Assembly: GCA_039586795.1 (NCBI GenBank)
Contig: JBDHJS010000005.1
Location: 67,096 to 131,095, forward strand
Direction of reading: 5' to 3'
Origin: Gemmatimonadota bacterium
Lineage (GTDB): Bacteria > Gemmatimonadota > Gemmatimonadetes > Palauibacterales > KS3-K002
Length of the DNA: 64,000 bases
Both the position numbers and the translations under genes were made by a program. Positions 38,913 through 47,498 of this stretch are shown here, one piece after another (position 1 is the first letter of the stretch; each line of letters opens with the position of its first letter). The notes beneath the pieces were generated by a model, which made no database searches, was not told the DNA's origin, and was given only the letters and a program-made list of their open reading frames with translations.

Positions 38913-40886
38913 CTACTCGATTACCCTATACGCCACCACCCGGTTGCTCACGAACGTGGGCAAGATCAGCAGATTACGCTCCTTGATGTACTCAAAGTCT
39001 GCGGCGTTGTCGTTTCCGATCGTATCCATAATTTCAACGATCTCGCCTTCCGGAGAGACGATGTAGACCTGCCCTTCCCAGTGTGACATCAGAAGGTCGC
39101 CGGAGTTTGCCGCGCGAAAACCGTCGATGATTCCGGCACCCAGGCTGATCACGTCTCGCATGCGTTTCGTTTCGAGATCGACCGCCCGAACCATTCCGTC
39201 CCCACTATTCCCGATCAGCAGCTCGCCGCCATGGATATAGAGCCCGTTAGACCAATACACATCGTAGTGGTCCAGCCAGATCTCGAACTTGCCGTCGTTG
39301 AACCGATAGATCCGACTGTCGCGCCGCGATGACGGCCTCGTATCGGAGATGTAAATACTCCCGTCTGCGTCGATGGATAGATCGTTCGGAAAATCGACGT
39401 CAGGAATCTCGTAACGATTCAAAACTTCTCCCGACTCGAGATCGATCTCGGTCAGCGTGCGCCGCTCCGTCGTGTACAGCTTGCCGTCGTGAATCCCCAT
39501 CCCCGTAGGCGCGTTCAATCCCGACACCCATTCGAGCTCCACGATCTCGCCATCGGCCGTCAGCTTCGAGATATAGCCGCTGGGCTCCGCCTTCTGGCCA
39601 AACTGGACATCGAAGTTCGAAACGTAGAGCAGATCGCGTTCGTCATCATAGATGACCGTTTCCGGCGTCAGGAAGACGGAGTCGGTCGCCCAGACCTGCT
39701 CGACGCGGTGATGCTCCTTGATCGGCTCCAACAATTCCCGGTCGGCCCGGGCCATGAAGCCCCAGCCACCGAAGTTCTCGGCGACCATCAGGAAGATCTC
39801 GTTCAGCCCCTTTTCCAGGGTGAGTCGCACTTCGTCGAACGGGCCAACGACGCCGAGGAACGACGGGTCGCGGTGGCGGTAGGCGCTGTTACCGTAGAAG
39901 ACCTTGTTGCCGTTGAAGAAGAGGTCGATCTCGTCGCTGTAGCCGAAGGAGAGGGTGATCTCCTGGCGCTGTTCGGCGCGGACGATCGTCCGGGCCAACA
40001 CGAGCTCCGGCGATTGGCCGGTGCGCTGACGGTAGCGGGCGATGTCGACGAGGCCGGTCGGCTCCGCCGTCACCTTCTCCCAGCCACCGAAGTAGATGGT
40101 GTAGAAGCGCGGATATACATCGCGCGGTCTCGGCGGCGCCGGGAACATGCGCGAGATTTCCCAATCGATGATCGTCCCCTCCGACGCCTCGATCACGGCG
40201 GGTGGGTCGAACGCCAGGTCATCGGTCAGCGTGTAGCGGAAGTTGGAAAAGCACGCGGTCTCGTCCGCTGGACCGAGCAGACCCAGCGATCCGCGGCTAA
40301 CGCCATGCTTCAGCTCGTGGATCTGCAACACTGGCTCCGCCGAATCACCGCTGAGCACGCGAGCCTGGCTGCCCTTCACCTCCAGCTTCAGCGTGAACCA
40401 CTCCCCTTCCGGGAACTCGGCGATCGCCGTGTAGCCCTCGCCGTTGTAGAGCTGCCAGCCCGCGATGCGGTTGAAGATGGGAGTGTACTGAACGGCATCG
40501 GGATAGAGGCCGCCGCGGTGCGGTCGGATGTAGACCCGCTCGTAGTTCTCCTGCGATTGCAGCCGGAAGACGATACCAGGATAGGAACGGGAGCCGTCGG
40601 TGAGGAGGTCGACCTCGATGATTCCATTCTCGAACTCGACGTCGCTCAATACCGCAGCGCCGGCCAAGCACTCGCGGCCGCCGCGTTCGGTGAGTTCGCC
40701 GGCGGCAACATTCCAGCGATCGGAGTCCAACGGCACGGCTTCCTGAGTCCAGGCCGTGCCTGCCACGAGCAGGAGCCCGAGCACCAGGACAATGATTGGG
40801 ATAATCAGATAGCCTGTTGGAGTTCTTTCACTGAATGCGAGGATGTTGGGGCGACGAGGATGACGGCGGCTAGCGCGAAGGCGCAT
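38913..40886 (-). CDS. Secreted protein: LamG/DUF1080-like beta-sandwich plus SMP-30/gluconolactonase-like beta-propeller
   Basis: FENGIIEVD, WFTLKLEVKG, PETVIYD, GLNAPTGM, FPNDLSIDADGSIYISDT; ATG 40886 after AGGAGG. Confidence 0.75.
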   Translation of the reverse strand: MRLRASRRHPRRPNILAFSERTPTGYLIIPIIVLVLGLLLVAGTAWTQEAVPLDSDRWNVAAGELTERGGRECLAGAAVLSDVEFENGIIEVDLLTDGSRSYPGIVFRLQSQENYERVYIRPHRGGLYPDAVQYTPIFNRIAGWQLYNGEGYTAIAEFPEGEWFTLKLEVKGSQARVLSGDSAEPVLQIHELKHGVSRGSLGLLGPADETACFSNFRYTLTDDLAFDPPAVIEASEGTIIDWEISRMFPAPPRPRDVYPRFYTIYFGGWEKVTAEPTGLVDIARYRQRTGQSPELVLARTIVRAEQRQEITLSFGYSDEIDLFFNGNKVFYGNSAYRHRDPSFLGVVGPFDEVRLTLEKGLNEIFLMVAENFGGWGFMARADRELLEPIKEHHRVEQVWATDSVFLTPETVIYDDERDLLYVSNFDVQFGQKAEPSGYISKLTADGEIVELEWVSGLNAPTGMGIHDGKLYTTERRTLTEIDLESGEVLNRYEIPDVDFPNDLSIDADGSIYISDTRPSSRRDSRIYRFNDGKFEIWLDHYDVYWSNGLYIHGGELLIGNSGDGMVRAVDLETKRMRDVISLGAGIIDGFRAANSGDLLMSHWEGQVYIVSPEGEIVEIMDTIGNDNAADFEYIKERNLLILPTFVSNRVVAYRVIE

Positions 40887-41074
40887 TGGTTTCCTCCTGA
40901 ACAGTCCCACCCGGACCACTCTACAGGCATCTACGGCGATACAGAGAGCAGGGTTTCGCACCGCTGAAGATGATGAGAATCCGTTGACGTAGCCATGCTA
41001 TGGTGGTCGCGGTCTGTGGGGCTGTTTGGGTGCGGCGCGTTGACTACCCGGCTTCGCCATCTCACGGCGAACGT

Positions 41075-41158
41075 ACCCCCGTGGCGGAATTGGTAGACGC
41101 GCCTGTCAGCCAAATAGGTGACCGAAAGGTCGTGTGGGTTCGAGTCCCACCGGGGGTA
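41075..41158 (+). tRNA. Atypical class II tRNA: tRNA-Leu body with GCC (Gly) anticodon and A33
   Basis: Acceptor ACCCCCG/CGGGGGT + A73; D arm GCGGAATTGGTAGACGC; anticodon stem CCTGT/ATAGG, loop CA-GCC-AA; variable arm GACC-GAAA-GGTC; T arm GTGGG-TTCGAGT-CCCAC. Confidence 0.9.
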
Positions 41159-41190
41159 CGCCACAAGAATCTTCGAAATCACCTGCGTTC

Positions 41191-41220
41191 TTGACTCGCC
41201 GCAAGTGATTAGAGTATCCT
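41191..41220 (+). promoter_or_regulatory. Candidate sigma70 promoter downstream of the tRNA
   Basis: TTGACT (41191-41196) -18 nt- TATCCT (41215-41220); -35 lies in the loop of inverted repeat AATCACCTGCG/CGCAAGTGATT (41177-41210). Confidence 0.5.
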
Positions 41221-41225
41221 TTCTG

Positions 41226-41293
41226 TGGCTGACAGGCAGTAAGTTTCGTCACGGAACGAGCCCGGAGGATGATCCCTCCGGGCTCAGTCTTTT
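41226..41293 (+). ncRNA. Candidate ~68-nt small RNA (or pre-tRNA 3' trailer) complementary to the tRNA anticodon arm
   Basis: TGGCTGACAGGC (41226-41237) is the reverse complement of 41101-41112; hairpin GTTTCG-TCA-CGGAAC; then terminator. Confidence 0.5.
41258..41293 (+). terminator. Intrinsic terminator
   Basis: Perfect 11-bp stem GAGCCCGGAGG/CCTCCGGGCTC, 6-nt loop, followed by AGTCTTTT. Confidence 0.75.
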
Positions 41294-41321
41294 GGGTGTC
41301 TTCCGCTTCAAACGCAAATTC

Positions 41322-42089
41322 TCAAAACCGATAGACGCCCGATAGCACCGCGTAGTGGAGCCACGCGAAGTTGTAGACCGACTCGACGTCCGCTCCGCCT
41401 TCCAGAGTGCGATATCCGCCCCTGACGCCCCAGTGGTCGTTGATGTCGTAGCCGAGCTTGAGGGCAACGTCGAACGCGCGACCGGGCCCGCCGGCCAGGC
41501 CGTCGAAATCGAACACGAAGTGCCACTTACGGGCGAACCGCCAATCGGCGGCCAGGTAGAGCAGCGGCACGAAGCCGACGTCGGTGTCCTTGCTGGTCGT
41601 GCTCCCCTGCGCCAGCTCGATCTTCGCGTCGCGGATCTTGGTCGTGAACCCGACCCACAGTTTCGTGCGCTCGCGGTCCATGAAGCGATAGCGATAGCCG
41701 AGGCGCCAGGAATTGAACTTGTAGGTCGCCTCGACGGGTTGGTCGGGCCGGTAGGTTGCGCCGGCGAAGTCAACCGGCTCAGTGAAGGTACCCGACTCGG
41801 TGTAAGACAGCGGCGCGGCGAGGCCGCGCAGGCTGTGGCGGTTGTTGATATTCCAGGTGACATAGAGGCGAACGGCAGGCCAGGGGCCATTCCCAACCAG
41901 GTCGACGAGCGAGAACCGGGTGCCCGCGTTGGTGTTCGGGATCTGCACGTCGTTTCGGCTCTGCCATACGGGTCCCGCCTCGAGCTCGATCACGAATCTC
42001 GACCCGTCCTGCGCGATTGCGGTTGGCACAACAGTGCAAACCAGCACCGCAGCGATCAGACAGGGCATCAGCTTGCTCACCTGTCGCAC
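41322..42089 (-). CDS. Outer-membrane beta-barrel-like hypothetical protein
   Basis: GTG 42089 after GGAGG, signal peptide (AIA-Q), amphipathic strands, ends VYRF. Confidence 0.78.
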   Translation of the reverse strand: MRQVSKLMPCLIAAVLVCTVVPTAIAQDGSRFVIELEAGPVWQSRNDVQIPNTNAGTRFSLVDLVGNGPWPAVRLYVTWNINNRHSLRGLAAPLSYTESGTFTEPVDFAGATYRPDQPVEATYKFNSWRLGYRYRFMDRERTKLWVGFTTKIRDAKIELAQGSTTSKDTDVGFVPLLYLAADWRFARKWHFVFDFDGLAGGPGRAFDVALKLGYDINDHWGVRGGYRTLEGGADVESVYNFAWLHYAVLSGVYRF

Positions 42090-42132
42090 TACTTGCCTCC
42101 TCGATGCAATACAGAAAACCGCCGTATGCGGC

Positions 42133-42648
42133 TCACCACCACCCCGTGCCCGGCTCACCCTTGAACGGCCCGACGATCTCCGGCGTGACCCAACCGCCGT
42201 AGAAGCCGCCCGGCTGTGGCCGCACCCGTACACCGTCGACTGTACACTCGAGCCGCGCCGGATAGAACGACAGGTAGCCGGCGATCCTCTCAAAGCCAGG
42301 ATAGGGCTCCGGGTAGCTCCAGGCGACGTCCTCGAGCAGTTCATTTCCGGCACGGAAGCTCCAGTACGCCGCTCGCCCCTTCCACTCGCACATGGACGAG
42401 CGCGGGGACGCCTCCAGATACTCCATCGCGACGGCGTCGGCGGGCATGTAGAACGTCGGCGGACTCGCGGTCTCGAGAACGCGGTAGGCCGAGCGCGTAT
42501 CAGCGATCGTGATACCGCCATGAACGACCTCGACACGGCGGGCGTCCAGCTCTACCCGCGGCGGTCGGGGGTAGTCCCAGACGGACTCCTGACCCTGGCT
42601 CGGTGGATCGGCGAAATCTGGGCGCTTGGCTCCCGTGTATCTCCACAT
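42133..42648 (-). CDS. DUF427-domain protein
   Basis: ESVWDYPRPP, RVLETASPPTFY, CEWKGRAAYW, AWSYPEP, QPGGFYGGWVT. Confidence 0.88.
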   Translation of the reverse strand: MWRYTGAKRPDFADPPSQGQESVWDYPRPPRVELDARRVEVVHGGITIADTRSAYRVLETASPPTFYMPADAVAMEYLEASPRSSMCEWKGRAAYWSFRAGNELLEDVAWSYPEPYPGFERIAGYLSFYPARLECTVDGVRVRPQPGGFYGGWVTPEIVGPFKGEPGTGWW

Positions 42649-42719
42649 AGCAAATCGTTCAGGTGTGACGTATGACTTGATTGAAGATGTCGAGATTCTA
42701 CGGGCCCGCCAGTATCCAC

Positions 42720-44114
42720 TCAGTGCGCGATCGGTACCGGCGAGCGGAGGCGCTGCGCTGCGCGGGAAGCTGCGCTCGGCACGAACCGCGCCCCCTTCTC
42801 GAACGTGCCGTTGCGGCGGAAGCGGATCCGGTAGCCCAGGTTGAGCGGCATCGCCCCGCGCAAGATCGACTGGAGTGGGAGGTACGAGAGCTCGCGGCGA
42901 AACCGTCGGGCCACGCGCTTGCGCGTGTAGAACTGCCTCGAGATCCAGGCGACGCCGAGGTCGAGGGTACGGCGGCTCATATTCATCGGCTCGTAGACGA
43001 CGTGAGCGAAGTCGTAGTGACTCCAGTCCTTGTCGAAGATTCGTCCCTCCGCATCCATCTCATCGAACAGTGGGGTTCCCGGGAACGGGGTGAGCCGCGT
43101 GGCCTGCAACGCGTCGATGTCCGACGCATCCAGGAAGTCGAGGGTCTGCTGGAAGACGTCGGGCGCATCGCCGTCGCTTCCGAACACGAAGCCAGCGAAA
43201 ACGGCGATCCCTGCATCGTGCATCTGTCGGACCTGGCGCACGTACTCCCGGGAGCGGTTGGGGCCCTTGCTCCAGTCGCTGAGGCTCTCCTGCGAAAGCG
43301 ACTCGAGTCCTACGAACAGCCCGCTGCAGCCGCTGCGTACGGCGAGGTCGAGGAGCTCGGGATCCTCGGTGATATGGATTCCGCACTGGCTGAACCAGCG
43401 CTTCTTGAGGGGGATCATCGCCTCGAACAGCTGCAACGCGTAGTCGCGGTCGCCGATGATGTTGTCGTCCATGAACACCACGTGGCGACCCAGACCGCGC
43501 AGCTCCTCGAGCACCGCCTCGACCGGCCGAGTACGGATCTGGTAGCGGTGAAAAGCGGCGATCGAGCAGAACTTGCAGCGGAACGGGCAGCCCCGGGTCG
43601 CCTGCAGCACGCTGGGTGTCAGGTATCTGCGCCGCTGCAGCAGATGACGCGGCGGCACCTTCAGGTCCGCCAGGTCGACGGGCGGACTGCGGTAGAACGA
43701 CTCCAGGCGACCGGCACTGAAGTCCGCGATCATGCGCGGCGCGTTGTACTCCGCTTCACCGATGCAGACGGCATCGCAGTGTTGGATGGCCTCCTCCGGC
43801 ATGAACGTAGGGTGGAAGCCGCCGAAGATCACCGTCTTCCCTCGCCCGCGGAATCGAGCGGCGAGCTCGTAGGCGCGGGGCGCGTTGTACGTCATGAACG
43901 AGATGCCGATCAGATCGGCGTCGGTGTCGAAATTGACGGGCTCGACGTTCTCGTCGATGATGCGCGTTTCGACCTCGGGCGGCATGGCGGCCGCCACCGC
44001 CAGGCTGGGGAGCATCGAGAAGCGGAACACACGGGGGCCTCGGGGAACGCCGCGCTTCTGGGCGCGCCAGATCGACGCGGTGGGGCTGATCAGATCGAGC
44101 TTGATGGTGTCCAT
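42720..44114 (-). CDS. B12-binding-domain radical SAM protein
   Basis: GGFHPT, IGEAE, TRGCPFRCKFC, FMDDNI, GLES, TPFPGTPL; ATG 44114 after GGAGG. Confidence 0.92.
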   Translation of the reverse strand: MDTIKLDLISPTASIWRAQKRGVPRGPRVFRFSMLPSLAVAAAMPPEVETRIIDENVEPVNFDTDADLIGISFMTYNAPRAYELAARFRGRGKTVIFGGFHPTFMPEEAIQHCDAVCIGEAEYNAPRMIADFSAGRLESFYRSPPVDLADLKVPPRHLLQRRRYLTPSVLQATRGCPFRCKFCSIAAFHRYQIRTRPVEAVLEELRGLGRHVVFMDDNIIGDRDYALQLFEAMIPLKKRWFSQCGIHITEDPELLDLAVRSGCSGLFVGLESLSQESLSDWSKGPNRSREYVRQVRQMHDAGIAVFAGFVFGSDGDAPDVFQQTLDFLDASDIDALQATRLTPFPGTPLFDEMDAEGRIFDKDWSHYDFAHVVYEPMNMSRRTLDLGVAWISRQFYTRKRVARRFRRELSYLPLQSILRGAMPLNLGYRIRFRRNGTFEKGARFVPSAASRAAQRLRSPVPIAH

Positions 44115-44322
44115 TTCCGACCTCCAGGTACAGCAGAGACAGCGTGGCACAGCTGCCCGAAGGTTCGGATGGGAGGGTCAAGTGTGAGTCAAGTGGAGGT
44201 GGGGCGGTTCAGGTTAGTCGAAGATGAGCATCGAACCTGTCGAAGCTCTTCGACGGAGACTATTATGCCCGACGGTTCACTCCACCGAGCCAGCTGACCA
44301 TCGACACACAGCGGAGCTTCCC

Positions 44323-46950
44323 ATGAGACCGTGGATTCTCGCGCTCATCATTTGCCTTTCCGCTCCCTGCGGCGTCGGCGCGCAGGGCGTACCGAAGTTT
44401 CGGATTCAGTACAGCCCGATCCAGCTGGAAGGCCCGGCACGGCCCGGGATCTACCTGGGCGGTGTGGGCCGGGAGGCGGCGTTCTTCGGGCAGGAGACCG
44501 GCTCGCTCGAAGCCTGGGCCTGGCCGGTGAAGCTGCTCCACGAGTTCGAGCTCTCCTTCAAGATCGACGACTATTCGGAGCCGATCCTCGGCGCCAGCGT
44601 GGCGCGGCGCGTCATCGTGCGGCCCGAGCTGATGACCGTGGTCTATTCCCACGCCACCTTTACCGTGAAGCAGCATCTGCTGGTACCGCTGAACGAGCCG
44701 GGCGTGATCGTGCTGCTGGACGTCGAGGCGGTGAAGCCGCTGGAGATCGTCGCTTCGTTCAAGGCGGACCTCGACCTCATGTGGCCAGCGGGCATCGGCG
44801 GCCAGTACGCCTTCTGGTGGAACGAGCGGAAGGCCTTCCTGCTCTCCGAGAGCCGGCGTGAGTATAACGGCTATATCGGATCACCTTTCGCCTACGAAGG
44901 ATCAACCCATCCTGCTCACGCCGCACCTGACGCGCCGTCGGTGTTCAAAGTCGCGGTGGACGCAGAGACGGCGGCATCCCAGTTCATCCCCATCGTGATC
45001 ACCGGCGGCATCATGCCCCGTGACACGTTAAATGCGCTTTACGAGCGGCTGCTATCGAACGCGGAAGGTTATTACCTAGAACGCGTAGAGCACGCGCGCC
45101 GTATCAGAGAAGAGTTCGCCTCGACAGAGACGCCGGATCCGTCCATCGATCTGGCGCTGGAATGGGCGAAGGTGAACCTGGACGAGTCCCTCGCCTGTAA
45201 CGCGGACCTGGGTTGCGGGATGGTGGCGGGCTACGGTCCCTCGGGCCGCGGCCGTCGGCCGGGCTTCGGATGGTTTTTCGGCGGTGACGCATCGATAAAC
45301 ATCCTCGGCATCCTTCCGTATGGCGGCTTCGAAGTCGCGCGCGCCGGTATCGATTTCCAGAGACGTTATCGTCGCGCCAGCGATGGAAAGATGCCCCACG
45401 AGGTCACCCAGTCGGCGATGCGGACACGTGAAGACTGGTTCGAGGATTTCCCCTATCCCTACTACCACGCCGACACGACGCCCTACTGGGTGGTCGCTCT
45501 GTGGCAGTATTTCCTGCAAACCGCCGACACGACTTTCGTTCAGCAAAATTGGCAGGCGGTCGTCGATGCTTACCGCTGGGGACTGAGCGCCGATACCGAC
45601 GGTGACATGATCGCCGACAATACGGGCGGCGGCCTGGGCGCGGTGGAGGTGGGCGCCATCGGCGCCGGACTGCACCAGGACATCTACTTGGCCGGGGTTT
45701 GGGTGGCGAGCCTGCGGGCGACCGCCGACCTGGCGGTAGCGATGGGCGATGCCGATCTGGCGCGGGAAGCCAGCGACGACTTCGACACGGCGCTCCGCAA
45801 CCTGGACCGCGAGTACTACGTGGAGGACGGCAACCTCTACGCGTTCGGCGTGCTGGAAGGCGGCCTAACGAACGCGGCGATCACCGTGTGGCCGGCCACC
45901 GCCCTGACGTTCGGGTTGCTCGACGCGGACCACGCCCAGGGTAACCTGGACGCACTGGCGTCGCACCAGCTGCTGTCCGATTGGGGCGCCCGCATGCTCT
46001 CCGCCGACAACGAGCTGTTCGATCCGATGCAGTACAACATGGGAACGGTGTGGGGATTCGTTACCGGCTTCGCCAGCATGGCGCTGTACAACTACAACCG
46101 GTCGCACGGCGGGTTTGCGGCGCTGTGGGCGAACACGCGCTCTACTTTCTACGACGCTCTGGGTCGCAACCCGGAGCTACAGTCGGGCGCTTATCGCCGC
46201 ACACTCGATACAACCGTACCGCACCAGTTCTTCGCCACCAGCATGATCCCGACGCCGCTGTTCCGCGGGCTGTTCGGTCTGGCGGCGGACGCGCCAGCGG
46301 GTCTGCTGCTCTTCGCGCCACGGTTGCCCGCCGATTGGGAGTCGGCGGCGGTGCGCAGCTATCCAGTGGGATCGCAGCGCGTCGATATTGAAGTCGATCG
46401 TTTGGAGCACGTGGTCGTGGGCGAAAGGGAAGACGCTTTGCGGGGCAGCGAGTTACAGGCACGCTTCAGGCTGCGCGAACGAACATCGGATCTTCGCGTG
46501 CGCTTTTCGCCGACGTTGCCGCCGGGCTCGCGGGTCGTGCGTGCAACGGTCAACGACCAGACGGTGGAGTTCGAGGAGTTGCGGACACCCTTCGCGACGA
46601 CAGTCGATTTCGATCTGAGCGTCGGCGAGTATGCTGCCTCGGCGGCCGTATTCTACGAGCCGGGCATCAGCGTTGCACCGCGACGTCCAAGGCCCGATGA
46701 AGGCTCCCGCTCGCAGGACGTGCGGATTATCAGCTACACATACGATGAGAGCAGTGAGGTGTACCGTTTGCGCGTCGAGGGGCGCGGTGGGCAAACTTAC
46801 GGCATCGATCTGATCAGTCCGTGGAGTGTCCCGAACGAAGTGACGGGCGGCGAGCTGAGCGAAGCCGGATCGGGTCGTTACATGCTCTACGTGAGGTTCG
46901 ACGGCGAGCCGAGCAGCTGGCAGCAGAAAGAAATTCGCTTCCGAAACTAG
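44323..46950 (+). CDS. Secreted six-hairpin glycosidase (amylo-alpha-1,6-glucosidase/GDE-like)
   Basis: Signal peptide; RPGFGWFFGGD, GKMPHE, YHADTTP, WGARML, YNMGTVW. Confidence 0.8.
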   Translation: MRPWILALIICLSAPCGVGAQGVPKFRIQYSPIQLEGPARPGIYLGGVGREAAFFGQETGSLEAWAWPVKLLHEFELSFKIDDYSEPILGASVARRVIVRPELMTVVYSHATFTVKQHLLVPLNEPGVIVLLDVEAVKPLEIVASFKADLDLMWPAGIGGQYAFWWNERKAFLLSESRREYNGYIGSPFAYEGSTHPAHAAPDAPSVFKVAVDAETAASQFIPIVITGGIMPRDTLNALYERLLSNAEGYYLERVEHARRIREEFASTETPDPSIDLALEWAKVNLDESLACNADLGCGMVAGYGPSGRGRRPGFGWFFGGDASINILGILPYGGFEVARAGIDFQRRYRRASDGKMPHEVTQSAMRTREDWFEDFPYPYYHADTTPYWVVALWQYFLQTADTTFVQQNWQAVVDAYRWGLSADTDGDMIADNTGGGLGAVEVGAIGAGLHQDIYLAGVWVASLRATADLAVAMGDADLAREASDDFDTALRNLDREYYVEDGNLYAFGVLEGGLTNAAITVWPATALTFGLLDADHAQGNLDALASHQLLSDWGARMLSADNELFDPMQYNMGTVWGFVTGFASMALYNYNRSHGGFAALWANTRSTFYDALGRNPELQSGAYRRTLDTTVPHQFFATSMIPTPLFRGLFGLAADAPAGLLLFAPRLPADWESAAVRSYPVGSQRVDIEVDRLEHVVVGEREDALRGSELQARFRLRERTSDLRVRFSPTLPPGSRVVRATVNDQTVEFEELRTPFATTVDFDLSVGEYAASAAVFYEPGISVAPRRPRPDEGSRSQDVRIISYTYDESSEVYRLRVEGRGGQTYGIDLISPWSVPNEVTGGELSEAGSGRYMLYVRFDGEPSSWQQKEIRFRN

Positions 46951-46966
46951 CAGAGAGGCTAACACG

Positions 46967-47485
46967 ATGTCCCACGAGCGACCCGACTTCGACAATTACT
47001 TCATGGGCCTCGCCATAGCGGTTCGCACGCGGGCCAACTGCCTGGGGAGCAAGGTGGGCGCGGTGATCGTTAAAGGGCACCGGGTGTTGGCCACCGGATA
47101 CAACGGCACGCCCTCCAAGATGAGGAACTGCCTGGACGGCGGCTGCGAGCGCTGCGCCAACCCGGAGCGCTACGAGTCGGGTCAGGGCTACGATGTCTGC
47201 ATCTGCGTTCACGCGGAACAGAACGCGCTACTGGCGGCGGCTCGCTTCGGAATCTCGGTCGAGGGCGGCACTGTCTACTCGACGATGCGGCCATGTTTCG
47301 GCTGCACGAAGGAACTGCTGCAGGCCGGCGTCGAGCGGGTCGTCTTCATCCACGATTGGCAGCATCCCGATCCGTACCATCAGACGCAGTACGAGCTGAT
47401 TCAGGCACGGTTTGCCGGCGGCATCAACCGGCTGAGCATGGAAGATCCGGACGCGGAATGGGCTCTGCCCAAGAAGAGGAAATAA
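46967..47485 (+). CDS. dCMP deaminase family (ComEB-like)
   Basis: VGAVIV, ATGYNGTP, CVHAEQNAL, PCFGC. Confidence 0.92.
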   Translation: MSHERPDFDNYFMGLAIAVRTRANCLGSKVGAVIVKGHRVLATGYNGTPSKMRNCLDGGCERCANPERYESGQGYDVCICVHAEQNALLAAARFGISVEGGTVYSTMRPCFGCTKELLQAGVERVVFIHDWQHPDPYHQTQYELIQARFAGGINRLSMEDPDAEWALPKKRK

Positions 47486-47498
47486 AAGAAAGGCTAGA

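Noticed and set aside
41102..41118. Ordinary tRNA-Leu using the CAG or CAA triplets present in the loop
   Set aside because: The 5-bp stem places CAG at 32-34 and CAA at 36-38; no alternative stem centres either triplet
41075..41163. tRNA-Sec interpretation (long variable arm, GCCA end, selenoprotein in window)
   Set aside because: Anticodon is GCC not UCA, and the D arm is Leu-type rather than the 6-bp D stem of tRNA-Sec
41225..41242. Mini-ORF GTG GCT GAC AGG CAG TAA
   Set aside because: Five codons, no RBS; cannot be distinguished from chance, though a leaderless peptide is not excluded
41191..41293. T-box riboswitch or attenuator reading the GCC anticodon
   Set aside because: Too short, no T-box consensus or stem I, and no downstream gene on the same strand
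42090..42536. N-terminal extension of the 404-aa ORF overlapping the DUF427 gene
   Set aside because: RBS and signal peptide support a start at 42089; the extension is an off-frame read of the neighbour
41159..44200. Genomic island integrated at the tRNA
   Set aside because: No integrase, no direct repeat of the tRNA 3' end seen, no evident compositional shift
42681..44297. Long antisense ORFs (538 aa here; also 27592-28974, 39489-40967, 29437-30444)
   Set aside because: Shadow frames of well-supported genes, expected in high-GC coding DNA; no motifs
46967..47485. Anti-phage dCTP deaminase
   Set aside because: Only 172 aa with no N-terminal kinase-like domain; fits a housekeeping dCMP deaminase
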